In this document: positions 25,689 to 38,895 of the stretch, piece by piece
Layout of the letters: each line of letters opens with the position of its first letter
Numbering within the stretch: position 1 is the first letter of the stretch
From: Squalus acanthias
Lineage: Eukaryota
Length of the DNA: 64,000 nt
Assembly (NCBI GenBank): GCA_030390025.1
Contig: CM059432.1
Location: forward strand, 83,144,001-83,208,000
Reading direction: 5' to 3'
Translations under genes and position numbers: made by a program
The notes under the pieces: generated by a model
Database searches by the model: none
What the model was told of the DNA's origin: nothing
The model's input: only the letters and a program-made list of their open reading frames with translations

Positions 25689-26642
25689 CTAGTTTAAAGT
25701 CCTTGTGACCGCCCTATTCATCCTTTCCCCTAGGACCCTGGTCCCAGACCGGTTCAGTTGGAGCCCATCCCAATGATACAGTTCCTTCCTGTCCCAATAC
25801 TGGTGCCAGTGCCCCATGAAATGGAACCCTTCTTTCCCACACCACTCCTTTAGCCACGTGTTCGCTTCCCTAACCAGCTTATCCCTACGCCAATTTGCAC
25901 GTGGCTCGGGTAATAATCCAGAGAGTATAACCCTTGAGGTCCTGTTCTTTAATTTAGCTCCTAGTTCCTGGTATTCCCCAAACAGGACCTCTTGCCTACT
26001 CTTCCCTATGTTGTTGGTCTCAACATGGACCACAATGACTGGATCCTCCCCCCTTCCTCTCTAGTATCCTTTCAAGCCAGTTCAAGATGTCCCTTACCCT
26101 GGCACCAGGTAGCCAACATACCTTGATGGACTCTCGATCCTGCTTACAAAGGATGCTATCTGTCCCCCTAATTATAGAATCCCCTACAACTACCACATTA
26201 CACTTCCTCTCCTCCTCCCCCCATAAGACAGCCTACTAATCCAAAGTGCCATGGTCCGCATTCTGGCTGTCCTTCTGACAGTCTTTATCCTTATCCTCAC
26301 AGGTAGCAAGTACATTGTACCTGTTGGATTGGATCAGTTTCTATGGATCCTCGTTCCCTTTCTTACCTGGGTTCCCCTTACTCTGCACAATATTGGTCAC
26401 ACCAACCCTGTTCTGAACCTGCACCTCTCTACAAGGTGTGACCGAAGTCTGGAGCAAACTGTCCAGATACTCTTCTCCCTCCCTTATGTGTCGGAGTGTC
26501 TCCAACTCGCACTCCAGCCCAATGACTCTGAGCCGGAGAGATTGGAGATGGAGACATCTCCTGCAGACATGTTCACTTTGGACAGTCTCACTGTCCACAA
26601 ACTCCCACATACTGCAGTCCAGACACACACCTGCCCTGCCAT
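25689..26642 (-). pseudogene. CR1 copy X ORF1 (zinc finger plus esterase), disrupted
   Basis: CLDCSMWEF...HVCRRC; VILSGLLP, WDGLQLN; homologous to 17915-18864. Confidence 0.85.
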
Positions 26643-26990
26643 ATCTTAGTCTAACCTTTTATTTATTTAATTCGTTAAAATCTTTATTCAATGATTATAT
26701 ATAGTTATATTAATTAGTTTATCTAGTTAAGTTTTTAATTTAATAAAGTACCTTATAGTTTTCCGCTCCTAGTTTAAAGCACTGTCCTAGCTTAGAGAAA
26801 AAAAACATTAATACTCACCCACCAATCACCTACCTGCTGTCCTGTGACGTCAGTCCTTTTTTTTTGTTGTTTTAGAATTCGCCGGATTTGTACCGCCTCC
26901 TCCGGTGCTGACTCCGTTCAGGTCTGCGCTGCCTCTCTTTCCACTCTGTTTATGTTCTGCTGCCTCCTCTGGTGCCGACTCCATTCAGCT

Positions 26991-27436
26991 CAACAAGCAG
27001 CTTCATCACTTTCTCTTTAGACAATCAACAACAGCACAGAGAGAGCCCTTGGGTTTTTTTCAAATGCTTGGATTCCTTAAAGTCCAGGGCATTATTGGTT
27101 ATACACATGGAGCTCTATGTACTCACACACACAATACTGAGACTTTCATGAACCAAATGGACTATATTTCTATCAACGTGCATGGTCTCTGTGATCAACT
27201 GCACAGAATCATGCATTTCAATGCCTGCTTCCCCGACAGCAGTCATGATGCCTTAATTTTATGGCAATCCACCATTCCCCACATATTTGCTCTGCAAAGG
27301 TTGCCTTCTAGGAAGCCAACACCACCGTGGCTCATGATGCTCTATGGCAGCCCCATAAAACTGCTGAGCACAGGTACAATGAGGTGTATGTATCCACCAG
27401 AGCCATTAACGAACACACCCAGTATGGTAAAGCAAA
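26991..27436 (+). pseudogene. Decayed Harbinger transposase, catalytic part
   Basis: GFLKVQGIIGYTH, SINVHGLCD, NACFPDSSHDALIL and RYNE motifs parallel the intact transposase. Confidence 0.8.
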
Positions 27437-28789
27437 GGCCCCAATTTTAAGTTTGGGACGTGTGGGGGGTCCAATAGTGCGCGGGAAACCCGGAAGTAAG
27501 TTCAGCCCATCTACCAGTGGCTTTTTAACTCAGCCACCTCATTATCATTGTACATATATGAAGCCATCTGGGAGAAGGGTGGCAAGATGGTGAAGATGTC
27601 TTGTCATCATGGGAAACAGTAACATCAACATTGGAATTTCAGGTCTGTTCTGGCTCCTGGCCTCCATGTTGATATATGGGCCAGAATACCCCATGGCAGC
27701 AATTACATTATTGAAACTCCTATCAATCACTCTCCCTATTCAATCAGCAAACCTGTCCAAGGAGGAGATGACAGTGTGACCCAAGGCCTATATGGCAGCA
27801 CTCGGATCATTCATGAGAGATGTTAAAACTGTGTGGGTTCCCCAATAACTCTCAACAATTTTTCATGCTCAAAAAGCATCCTTTTTAGAGGTGGGCCCTG
27901 GAGATCAGGATTCCTGTCCTCATCCACTGTGGGTAGATGCAATCTCACCCTCTGTCCTTCTGCTTCCTGCTTCTCCTGTGCATCCGCCACTTGTTCCTAC
28001 TCATTTGTATTCTGTGCGCTATGTTGTGCTCTCCTCAAATTCATTTTTTAAATGCCCCCAGGATGGATGTACCTGTGCTGTTACTTGCCAGGGTGAGACT
28101 GAGTGACGTAATATGTTGCAAGGTGTATGGCTGGTCCTGGTTACTAGCGCCCTCTTCAGCTTCTTCTGCCATACCTGTAGAAACAGGAGAAAAAGAGCTA
28201 CAAATACATCCTCATTACAACTTAGTGACATGCACAATACTGTTTTGAACCTGCTAATCAATGCATGTTTCAATGTCATTGAGTGTTTGACTCAGTCGTA
28301 TGGAGACCAAAGGAAGGATAGTATGCTATGAGCCCTGAGCTGGGCCATACCTCCTGCTTTTCCATCTCCTGCTATTTATTCAAAGTCCCATGTCTGTATT
28401 TGGTGAGCCTGCTCTTCAAAAGTAAAGAGAGAATGCAGGTTTGCCAGTCCTCCTCCTGTTCCCATTCTTTCCATCTTGTTATGCACTCTCTTCTGCAAAA
28501 CCAGTGGCATGCATTGAGTAGTTGACATTGGCAGCATGAGGTGCACTGATACCACTGTATAAGGGTGATATTCATAGGTGTTGGGAAGGAAAACATGTAT
28601 CATGCAAGTGCTATACATGGAAGTATTTAGCAGGGGATTGTACGGTTGAGGCTTCTACTAAAGAAGGCGAGGCTAAGAAAGGGAGGTGTTGGAAAATGTA
28701 CAATGCTGCCTAATGGGCAACCATGGGAAGCTAGCCAAGTACAGAAAGAACATGTGGGCAGGGTGGAACAGTTCATACCATTAATAATT

Positions 28790-29110
28790 GCAGTGCTGCA
28801 TTAATATGAGGTCACAGTGTGGTTGCCTACTATGCTTCCCTTGGTGAGGTCATTGATCTTTTCCCAGTATTGCATCCAGGTCATCTGGACACTGCTGTTG
28901 GCATAGTGATCAGTGATCTGCCATGTCCTCTGACCTACCCTTTGGCTGATCCAACAGAATGGAGGGGGAAAGAAGACATCCCCCTCTGGCGCACATGCTG
29001 CAGCAAAATCTCCAAGGCTTCCTCCAGATCGTGGCACCCTACTGTTGCCACAACTGCTCACTGATATTTTTCTGGACTTCCAGAACAAGATCCAGTAACA
29101 AAAACTCCTG
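28790..29110 (-). pseudogene. Decayed Harbinger Myb/SANT gene exon 1
   Basis: MTWMQYWEKINDLTK resembles RTHTQCRKKFNDLTR; convergent with the transposase remnant. Confidence 0.55.
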
Positions 29111-29484
29111 AACACTTCTGCAGGGCATAAGATTTGTTACAGCACACAAATTCCTGCCTCCTAATAGGTAGGTGCCAAATAGGAAGCATGAATCATGCCT
29201 GACCCTCACCCACATCATGCAAATAAGGTGAACCTGGATATATAGCTGGATTCAGCAAACTGCTCAACATAAGCTGGGGCACTGGGCCACTACAAAAATT
29301 GCACCCAATTGAACTAGAAAATGCACCAGATTGCATAAGTTTACATGTAAATATTCAAATTTTCCAAGTAGATACATGCTTCAGATGTCCCTAGAATAAA
29401 ATACCTAGCCCTTCAATGCTTAACTGGCAAATTTTGGGATGGTGAGGGGCCGCAGAACAGAGCAGCTTTTGTGGGAGACCCCAA

Positions 29485-30248
29485 GGGGGAAAAATTGGGT
29501 ATCGCCCATTTTGGGGCGCTAATATCGGCCGGGCGCAAAGTTTAGCGCCCGGCGCTAATTATCGCCTCCGACTGCAAAATTCACCTCTATTGTCCCTGGA
29601 GGTGATTTGAGCGCTAAATCAAGCATTACACATCTCTCTTAAGGCGTTAATATTGGGGAGTGAGGCGCTAACCTCAGAACGCTAATGAAGCTCAGGCGAT
29701 GTCAGTTACCACGGAAGCCAGACAGACTGGTGCCGTCCAGTTCTTAAAGGGGAGGGGCCATCTTGCTGGCCAGCCACACCCTGCTCATTGCAGCCTTGAA
29801 TCTCGGCCTGGAGAGACCTCTAAAGCAATTGTGTTAGAAGCACTAATGGATAGGCCCAGGGAAAGAGCTCGGTGCTTAGGAACCTCAAAAGTGGTGCTGA
29901 GGGCCAAAACTCCTTAGGACAGCGTTAAATCTTTCCAGACATGTCTCTCCCTCTCAACCTGCGTGTACCAAAAATTTTGCTGACAAGAAAAAGCAGGAAG
30001 CGCCCACCTTTAAATAGCGCTCCCCCAGCCCCTTCCCAACGTGAAAACGTTCCCCTCTACCTGTTATTCCTATCGGCAGGCGCCAAGCAGGGGGCGCGAC
30101 TCAATTTCCGGTCCGGGGTGTTGCACGCTTGCATGACGTCATGATCTGCGGACGCAGGAGATCGTGGCGGTAGTGTTTAGCGCTAGCGCAAAACGACAGG
30201 TCAATTTCGCGAGCAGTGCTAAAATCGCCACACTCCGAATTTTCCCCC
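29485..30248. mobile_element. Harbinger MITE related to the autonomous element at 43053-47436
   Basis: TIR GGGGGAAAA(A)TT, CAA TSD; both arms align with the termini of 43053-47436; no coding capacity. Confidence 0.88.
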
Positions 30249-30274
30249 CAAATCTCTTGATACATCCTGCAAAA

Positions 30275-31125
30275 ACACCATTGCTCCAATTTTCTCCAAT
30301 TAAATATTGGGAAGACCGAAGCCATTGTTTTCGGTCCCCACCACAAACTCTGTTCCCTAGCCACTGACTCCATCCCTCTCCCTAACATCTGTCTGAGGCC
30401 GAACCACACTGTTCGCAACCTTGGTGTCATATCTGACCCTGAAATGAGCTTCCGACCACGTCCTCAGCATAACTAGGACCGCCTATTTCCAACTCCGTAA
30501 CATCGCCCGTCACCGCCCTTGCCTCAGCTCATCCGCTGCTGAAACCCTCATCCATGCCTTTGTTACCTCTAGACTTGACTATTCCAACGCACTCCTGGCT
30601 GGCCTCCCACATTCTACCCTACGTAAACTTGAGGTCATCCAAAACTCGGCTGCCCGTGTCCTAACTCGTACCAAGTCACGTTCACCCATCACTCCTGTGC
30701 TCGCTGACCTACATTGGCTCCCGGTTAAGGACCGCTTCGATTTCAAAATTCTCATCCTTGTTTTCAAATCCCTCCATGGCCTCGCCCCTCCCTATCTCTG
30801 TAATCTCATTCTGCCACAACCCCCTGAGATATCTGCGCTCCTCTAATTCTGCCCTCTTGAGCATCCCTGATTATAATCGCTCAACCATTGGTGGCTGTGC
30901 CTTCTGTTGCCTAGGCCCTACGCTCCGGAATTCCCTGCCTAAACCTCTCCGCCTCGCTACCTCTCTTTCCTCCTTTAAGATGCTCCTTAAAACCTACCTC
31001 TTTGACCAAGCTTTTGGTCACCTGCCCTAATTTCTCTTTTTTGTCTTGTAATACTCCTGTGAAGCACCTTGGGGCATTTTACTACGTTAAAGGCGCTATA
31101 TAAATACAAGTTGTTGTTGTTGTTA
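30275..31125 (+). mobile_element. L2 LINE 3' fragment
   Basis: SRLDYSNALLAGLP and LHWLP motifs; tail ggcgctatataaatacaagttgttgttg. Confidence 0.92.
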
Positions 31126-31954
31126 TTGCTGGACTCTATGGGCATCCTGAAAAAATGGCAGTCTGTGACATTCACTGATGCCATTGCTTTCCCTCCAGTG
31201 CAGATAAAACCATCCCCAGAGGTGGTTGTTAGTGCCCTCAAAGCCAGTAATACCACCTCATCTATATTGTTGCACTGCCACTTGAGTCATTGTTGTCTCC
31301 AGCAGCTATGCTGTAACATCAAAGCAGCACAATGTACCATAAGTTACAGATATAGGGAAATCTTTTGTTATATTTACTTAGAGGCATCAGAATATGAGAA
31401 TGTAAATAGCTGAGATAAAATACACTTTGACTGGAAGAAACTGAGGGCTAAAAATTTGGTTGTGTGGCGCCTGTTGTTTGGTCGCTTCCGGTGCCGTTTT
31501 GGGTCGAAAATGGCGTCCAAGCAGCGCTTGCACACTTCTGGTGCGGGCCGCGCTGGACGCCATTTAGGTAAGGGTGCTAGCGTTGGCGCTGGGAGCATGC
31601 ACCAGAAGTATGCAGAGTACACAGATCATGATGTCAATCATGTAACACTGATTTGATGCCAGTGCTGCCATTTTCGACCTCAACGCTGGAGCTAATGCCC
31701 TCTCTTAACCTCCCACAATTAAACATGCGTTCAGCAGCAGGAAGGACCTTCCACCAGTGTTATTTAAAGGGATCATCACCTACTTACAGGTTAGTTGCTA
31801 ATTGATTTCTACTAGCTGTTGCCAAGTTTGTAGAAGTGTTTGGTGCTTTCTAGATTTCTTTAAAGTTGCCTAAAGTCTACAAGGAGTAGCGTGGCACATG
31901 CTCAAGGACTTGGTACTGACTTGCAAGGGGTCTGCTCAGACCAGTTGCTCCCTG

Positions 31955-33090
31955 ACACAGGTGCAGTAGTTTGTAACCCCCTTGGCCTGCAGCATGACGG
32001 GGAGAATGAGCAGAGGCGACACAGAGCAGGACAAGCTGCATGAAGAGGCAGGAGGAGGAGGAGGGGGAGGGCTCTCAGACGGAGGCCATATCCACCCAGG
32101 GTCTTCAGGGAGCAATTCTCCTACCTCAGCGACAAACAGTGCATGTGATGTCTCGGTTTTACTAAGGAGGTGATCACTAAAATCTGCCACCTGCTGCAGA
32201 CAGACCTGCAGCCTCAGTCCAGGGCGAGGACGGCATTGCCAGAGGCTGTGAAGGTGACCGTGGCCTTGAACTTCTTCGCGTCGGGCTCCTCCAGGCTGGA
32301 GCAGGCGACGTCTGTAACATCTCCCAGTTCACCGTCCACTCAAGGGAGGTGAGTGAGGCTCTGTATACAAAGAAAACTGAATACATTTCATTCTCTTTTG
32401 CCAGAGAGAAGCAGGCGGAGCGAACACACGGCTTTCAACAGGATAGCAGGCTTCCCATGGTGCAAGGTACCATTGACTGAACACATGTCGCTTTGTGGGC
32501 GCTGCATCTCAATTCAGAGATGTACCGCAACCAGAAGAGATTCCGCTCCCTCAATGTCCAGCTGGTGTGCGACCATACTCAGCGCATCATGCAGGTCCAT
32601 GCTCGGTATCCTGGCAGCAGTCATGATGCAGTCATTCTGCGGTAGTCCGCTGTACCATCAGCATTTGAGACACCACAACAAACCAGAGGGTGGCTACTGG
32701 GTGACAAGAGCTATCCGCTGACCACCTGGCTCATGACTCCACTGTGCAACCCACGCACACGTGGGCAGCATGCATACAATGAAAGCAATGCTGCCACACG
32801 GAATCTGATAGAGCAGACCATTGGCCTCCTTAAATGATGCTTCCGCTGCCTGGACCGCTCTGGAGGAGCCCTGCAGTACTTGCCAGAGTGCGTCTCAAGA
32901 TTCGCTGTGGTCTACTGCATGCTCCATAACCTCGCCATCATGAGGGCACAGCCCTTGGCACAAGGCATTCAGCAAACAGCTGAGGAGAAAGAGGAGGAGG
33001 AAGAGGAGGAGGAAGGGAGGAGGCAACTCAAACAGGCCCTTTCCGACCAGGCTGTCGATGATCGACTCATCTGACTGCGGTACCAGTGAA
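31955..33090 (+). pseudogene. Harbinger transposase pseudogene
   Basis: ICHLLQTDLQPQ, VKVTVALNFFASG, RIAGFP, CMLHNLA and acidic tail; frameshifts and stops. Confidence 0.88.
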
Positions 33091-33269
33091 CGCAACCCCA
33101 ATTCCCCCAATCAACAACAATCCCACATCTTACTTTCCCTCTGTTACTGACCATCACAGCGTCATCTTGGCCACAATGCTGAAATAAAAGCCACCACAAA
33201 ACAAACATTCCAAAACAATTTTATGAATCAAATCATTAAAATGCTTTATTCAAAAGTCAACCAATCACC

Positions 33270-36236
33270 CTTGTGCATTCCCTTAGTGCCTGTCTTCCAT
33301 GTGCATTTGCCTGACCTATTGCTCCTACGCAGTGCTACCCCAGTGGCTGCAGCATGGTTGGTGGAAGGCTGCTGACTTCCAATGGGGGAGACTACAGATG
33401 GCCTTGCAGGATGACCTCGAGCAGCTCTGGGTCTAGTAGGCCCGGCTTTGGACTGCACCACCTCATATGGGCAGCGGCAGTCTGGCCTGGCTGACTGACA
33501 GGCAACAGCAGGGGCACTAGCGGAGTGACATTGGTGGGAGGATGAATGTTGTCATCTTGAGAGAGGACAGCATGTTCGTCCTCCATGGAGCCACTGCCAC
33601 ACCCCTGGGGCGGTGCCTCAGCAATCCTAGTACTCTGTTGGACGACAGATTGCTGGACTGCTGTGACATCCTGCAAGCCCCTTTCAACACTGCTAACCGC
33701 AACCCTGATGGCAGCAGTCTGTGCTTGTGTGGCAGCAAGCTGAGCTTGCCTGGCTTCAGTCTGAGTTTCCATTGCAGCACTCAAATGTTGGGTGGCTTCT
33801 GCTTGTGCTGCAGTGGAAGCTGAGACTTTGGCCATCAGACGCTGCATGCAGCCCACAAGTGCGCTAATGGATCTTCCCACCTCTTCCACGCTGGAAAGGA
33901 TGGGCTCCACGCTCTGCGCAAAGCCCTGTGCAAGGTTGGAGCTGGACTCCTCCATGCTCCTTAACTTTGCCTTCAGGCTTTCTGGCAGGCCTGCCAATGC
34001 ACCAAGCATTTTGTTGTGGATACCCATCAGCTTTGTTCTGTAGTCCGCCCCATCAAAGGCCTCATCTGAGTCCTGTGCAGCAGAACTCATGTGCGACCAT
34101 TCCCTCCGGGGAGCTGGCACCTGCGCTACCCTTTCCACCTGTCCTGGCTGTAGCCTACTCGTGCCCGGTGACTCACCATGTGCAGATCCCACCTCTAAGC
34201 TACCCACTAAAGTCCGTGCAGTGCCAGTATCTGAGCTGGTGGCTGCGAGTGTCAGATGGAGTGACGGTGTTTCTTCTTCATCATCACTCTCCTCTTCCTC
34301 TTCCACCACCGCCTGGCCATTTGGATTTCTTGGGTCTCTGAAGTGAGAAAGGCACAAGGGGAGGGTTGTGGTAAGGGGAGGGAGTGGGGGGAGGGGTGCG
34401 GGGAAACAAGAGCTGCATGCTTACACCATGTGCAGCTTGTAACTCTGAAGAGATTGTGGGATGAGAGGGAAGTGGGATGTGAGAAAGAGGTATGAGCATA
34501 CCGTCATCTTCAATGGTTTCAGCGCCGCCGCTGGCCACAGCCACAGTCACAGCCGCTCCAACTATGCCGAGCACCGTCTGCTCAAGCGGGGTCAGGATAT
34601 GGAGGCATGCCTGTCCCCTTCTGGTTAGCTGCTGCTGCCTACGGTTGTGCGCCACCTTGTCCTGCAAGAGAGAGGGAAGTGTGTCAGTGAGTGTGGTTCA
34701 ATGTGTTTGACTGATGTGGCTGTCATGGTTGAATAGCTGGCAGTGTGTGCAAACTGAGAGATGTGGGTGTGAGGCTTGCAGCAGTGGTAAGTGTGTGAGG
34801 GTAAGATGAAGCCTATGAATCTGAGATAGGAGTCACGATTGAGAGAGATTGTTGGAAGGTGAGTGAGAAGGGTGTGGTGCATTGAGCAGTGTCTGAGGCT
34901 AGTGATGCAGTTTCTGGGATATGGCATTTGAAGATGATTTCATTGACCTTGACCACTCATGAGAGTTTTTTTTTAAATTCATTTATGGGATGTGGGCGTC
35001 GCTGGCAAGGCCAGCATTTATTGCCCATCCCTAATTGCCCTTGAGAAGGTGGTGGTGAGCCGCCTTCTTGAACCGCTGCAGTCCATGTGGTGAAGGTGCG
35101 CCCACAGTGCTGTTAGGTAGGGAGTTCCAGGATTTTGACCCAGCGACGATGAAGGATCGGCGATATACTTCTAAGTCAGGATGGTGTGTGACTTGGAGGA
35201 GAACTTGGAGGTGGTGGTGTTCCCATGCGCCTGCTGCCCTTGTCCTTCTAGGTGGAAGAGGTCGCAGGTTTGGGAGGTGCTGCCGAAGAAGCCTTGGCGA
35301 ATTGCTGCAGCGCATCTTGTAGATGGTACACACTGCAGCCACAGTACGCCGGTGGTGGAGGGAGTGAATGTTTAAGGTGGTGGATGGGGTACCAATCAAG
35401 CGGGCTGCTTTGTCCTGGATGGTGTTGAGCTTCTTGAGTGTTGTTGGAGCTGCACTCATGCAGGCAAGTGGAGAGTATTCCATCACACTCCTTACTTGTG
35501 CCTTGTAGATGGTAGAAAGGCTTTGGGGAGTCAGGAGGTGAGACACTCGCCACAGAATACCTAGCCTCTGACCTGTTCTTGTTGCCACAGTATTTGTGTG
35601 GCTGGTCCAGTTAAGTTTCTGGTCAATGGTGACCCCCCAGGATGTCGATGGTGGGAGATTCGGCGATGGTAATGCCGTTGAATGTCAAGGGGCGGTGGTT
35701 AGACTCTCGCTTGTTGGAGATAGTCATTGCCTGGCACTTGTGTGGCGCGAATGTTACCTGCCACTTATCAGCCCAAGCCTGAACGTGGTCCAGGTCTTGT
35801 TGCATGCGGGCATGGACTGCTTCATTATCTGAGGAGTTGTGAATGGCACTGAACACTGTGCAGTCATCAGCGAACATCCCCATTTCTGACTTTATGTTGG
35901 AGGGAAGGTCATTGATGAAGCAGCTGAAGATGGTTGGGCCTAGGACATGCCCTGAGGAACTCCTGCAGTGATGTCCTGGGGCTGTGATGATTGACCTTCA
36001 ACCACCACAACCACAAGAGGTCATTGAACTTCTTCCGGCACTGCATCCAGGTCTTCGGGGCAACGCTGTTGGCACTGACCTCCATGGCTATCTGCTCCCA
36101 CTGCCTTCGCCGTGTCTGTCTGGAGGGCCTCCTGCCCCCCCGCCTGTGGAAACAGGACCTCTCTCCTCCTCTCCACCTCCTGTACTAAGACTCCAGTGCT
36201 GCACCTGAGAACCCTCTCTCTGGCCTGTTGCGCCAT
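33270..36236 (-). pseudogene. Harbinger Myb/SANT gene, three-exon remnant interrupted by a LINE
   Basis: ATG at 36236 (MAQQARER..EVERRREVLFP), exon 2 DKVAHNRRQQQ (~34500-34662), exon 3 ORF 33392-34357; homologous to 43411-45447. Confidence 0.85.
34966..36014 (-). mobile_element. YKAQVRSVMEY-family LINE, 5'-truncated, inserted in Myb exon 1
   Basis: MFADD and RT C-terminal motifs, A-rich tail; splits the KKFNDL/VVK coding sequence. Confidence 0.92.
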
Positions 36237-36259
36237 TGCTGAATGCTTCCCAGTTGAAA

Positions 36260-38895
36260 GTAGAATCAGTATGGGTGGAGATAAGGAATAACAAGGGGCA
36301 GAAAACACTGGTAGGAGTAGTATATAGGCCCCCTAACAGTAGCTATACCGTTGGACAGAATATTAATCAAGAAATAGTACGAGCTTGCAACAAAGTTAAT
36401 GTAATAATCTTGGGGGACTTTAATCTTCATATAGACTGGACAAATCAAATTGGCAAAGGTATTCTGGAGGACAAGTTCATGGAATGCATTCGGGACAGTT
36501 TCCTGAAACAATATGTCATGGAACCAACCAGGGAACAGGCTATTTTAGATCTTGTATTGTGTAATGAGACAGGGTTAATTCGCAATCTCATAGTAAAGGA
36601 TCCTCTGGGGCAGAGTGATCATAATATGATAGAATTTCACATTAATTTTGAGAGTGACTTGCCTAAGTCCAAAACTAGAGTCTTAAACTCAAATAAGCCA
36701 ATTACATAGGTATGAGGGGCAAGTTGGCTAAGGTAGATTGGAAAAATAGATTAAAAGGTATGTTGGTAGATAAGCAGTGGTTAGCATTTCAAGAAATATT
36801 TCATAATTCTCAATAAAAATACATTCCATTGAAAACAAAAACTCCATGGGAAAAGTGATCCAATCGTGGCTAACTAAAGAAGTTAAGGATAGCAGTAGAT
36901 TGAAAGAAGAAGCTTATAATGTTGCAAAGAACAATAGTAAGCCTGAGGATTGGGAGAGTTTCAGAAACCAGCAAAAGTTGACCAAAAAATTGATAAAAAG
37001 GGAAAAAATAGAATGAGAGAAAACTAGCAAGAAATATAAAAGCAGATTGTAAGAGTTTCTACAAGTATGTAAAAAGGAAAAGAGTAGCAAAAGTAAACGT
37101 TGGTCCCTTAGAGGCTGAGACAGGAGAAATTATTATGGGGAATAAGGAAATGGCAGAAACGTTAAACAAATCTTTTGTATCTGTCTTCACAGTAGAAGAC
37201 ACAAAAAGCGTACCAAAAATGGTGGGGAACCAAGGGTCTAATGAGGGTGAGGAACTTAACGTAATTAATATAAGTAGAGAAAAAGTACTAGAGAAACTAA
37301 TGGGACTAAAAGCTGACAAATCCCCTGGACCTGATGGCCTACATCCTAGGGTTCTAAAAGATGTGGCTGAATAGATAGTGGATGCATTGGTTTTGATCTT
37401 CCAAAATACCCTAGATTCTGGAATGGTCCCAGCGGATTGGAAGGTCGCAAATGTAACACCGCTATTCAAGAAAGGAGGGAGAGAAAAAACAGGGAACTAC
37501 AGGCCAGTTAGCCTGACATCAGTCATCGGGAAAATGCTGGAATCCATTGTTAAGGAAGTGGTATCAGGGCACTTAGAAAATCATAACATGATTAAACAGG
37601 GTCAACATGGTTTTATGAAAGGGAAATCGTGTTTGACAAATTTATTAGAGTTTTTTGAGGATGTAACTAGCAAGGTAGATAAAGGGGAACCAGTGGATGT
37701 AGTATATTTGGATTTCCAAAAGGCATTCGATAAGGTGCCACATAACAGGTTATTGCACAAGATTAGGGCTCATGGGATTGGGGGTAATATAGTAGCATGG
37801 ATAGAGGATTGGTTAACGGACAGAAAACAGAGAGTAGGGATAAACGGATCTTTTTCAGGTTGGCAGGCTGTAACTAGTGGGGTGCCGCAAGGATCAGTGT
37901 TGGGGCCTCAGCTATTTACAATCTATATTAATGACCTGGATGAAGGGACCAAGTGTAATATATCCAAGTTTGCTGATGATACAAAGCTAGGTGGGACAGT
38001 AAGCTGTGAGGAGAACAAAGAGTTTGCAAAGGGATATAGATAGACTAAGTGAGTGGGCAGTAAGGTGGCAGATGGAGTATAATGTAGGGAAATGTGAGGT
38101 TATTCACTTTGGTAGGAAGAATAGAAAAACAGAATATTTTTTAAATGGTGAGAAACTTTCAAATGTTGGTGTTCAGAGAGATTTGGGTGTCCTCGTGCAA
38201 GAAACACAGAAAGCTAGCATACAGGTACAGCAAGCAATAAGGAAGGCAAATGGCATGTTGGCCTTTATTGCAAGGGGGTTGGAGTATAAGAGTATGGAAG
38301 TCTTGCTACAATTGTACAGGGCCTTGGTGAGACCACACCTGGAGTACTGTGCACAGTTTTGGTCTCCTTATCTAAGGAAGGATATACTTGCCTTGGAGGC
38401 GGTGCAACGAAGGTTCACTAGATTGATTCCTGGGATGAGAGGGCTGTCCTATGATGAGAGATTGTGTAGAATGGGCCTATACTCTCTGGAGTTTCGAAGA
38501 ATGAGAGGGGATCTCATTGAAACATACAATATTCTGAAGGGGATTGACAGGGTAGATGCTGAGAGGTTGTTTCCCCTGGCTGGAGTGTCTAGAACTAGGG
38601 GGCATAGTCTCAGGATAAGGGGTAGGCCGTTTAAGACTGAGATGAGGAGGAATTTCTTCACTCAGAGGGTTGTGAATCTTTGGAATTCTCTGCCCCAGAG
38701 GGCTGTGAATGCTGAGTCTTTGAGTATATTCAAGGCTGAGATAGATAGATTTTTGGACACTAGGGGAATCAAGGGATATGGGGATCGGGCGGGAAAGTGG
38801 AGTTGAGGTCGATGATCAGCCATGATCGCATTGAATGGCGGAGCAGGCTCGAGGGGCCGTATGGCCTACTCCTGCTCTTATTTCTTATGTTCTTA
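36260..38895 (+). mobile_element. 5'-truncated CR1 LINE (EN-RT) with few disruptions
   Basis: ORFs 36236-36709, 37135-38043 and 38006-38806; ttcttatgttcttat tail; TGAAA duplicated at 36255-59 and 38896-900. Confidence 0.95.

Larger units (their letters stand above)
14902..26990 (-). mobile_element. Near full-length CR1 LINE (copy X), split by CR1 copy Y at 16666-24334
   Basis: 3' tail at 14902; RT ORF 15718-16551 (QHGF, YMDFQKSFD, PQGSVL, FADD); endonuclease ~24600-25450; ORF1 25689-26642 with CxxC..CxxC and esterase motifs; 5' UTR to ~26990. Confidence 0.92.
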
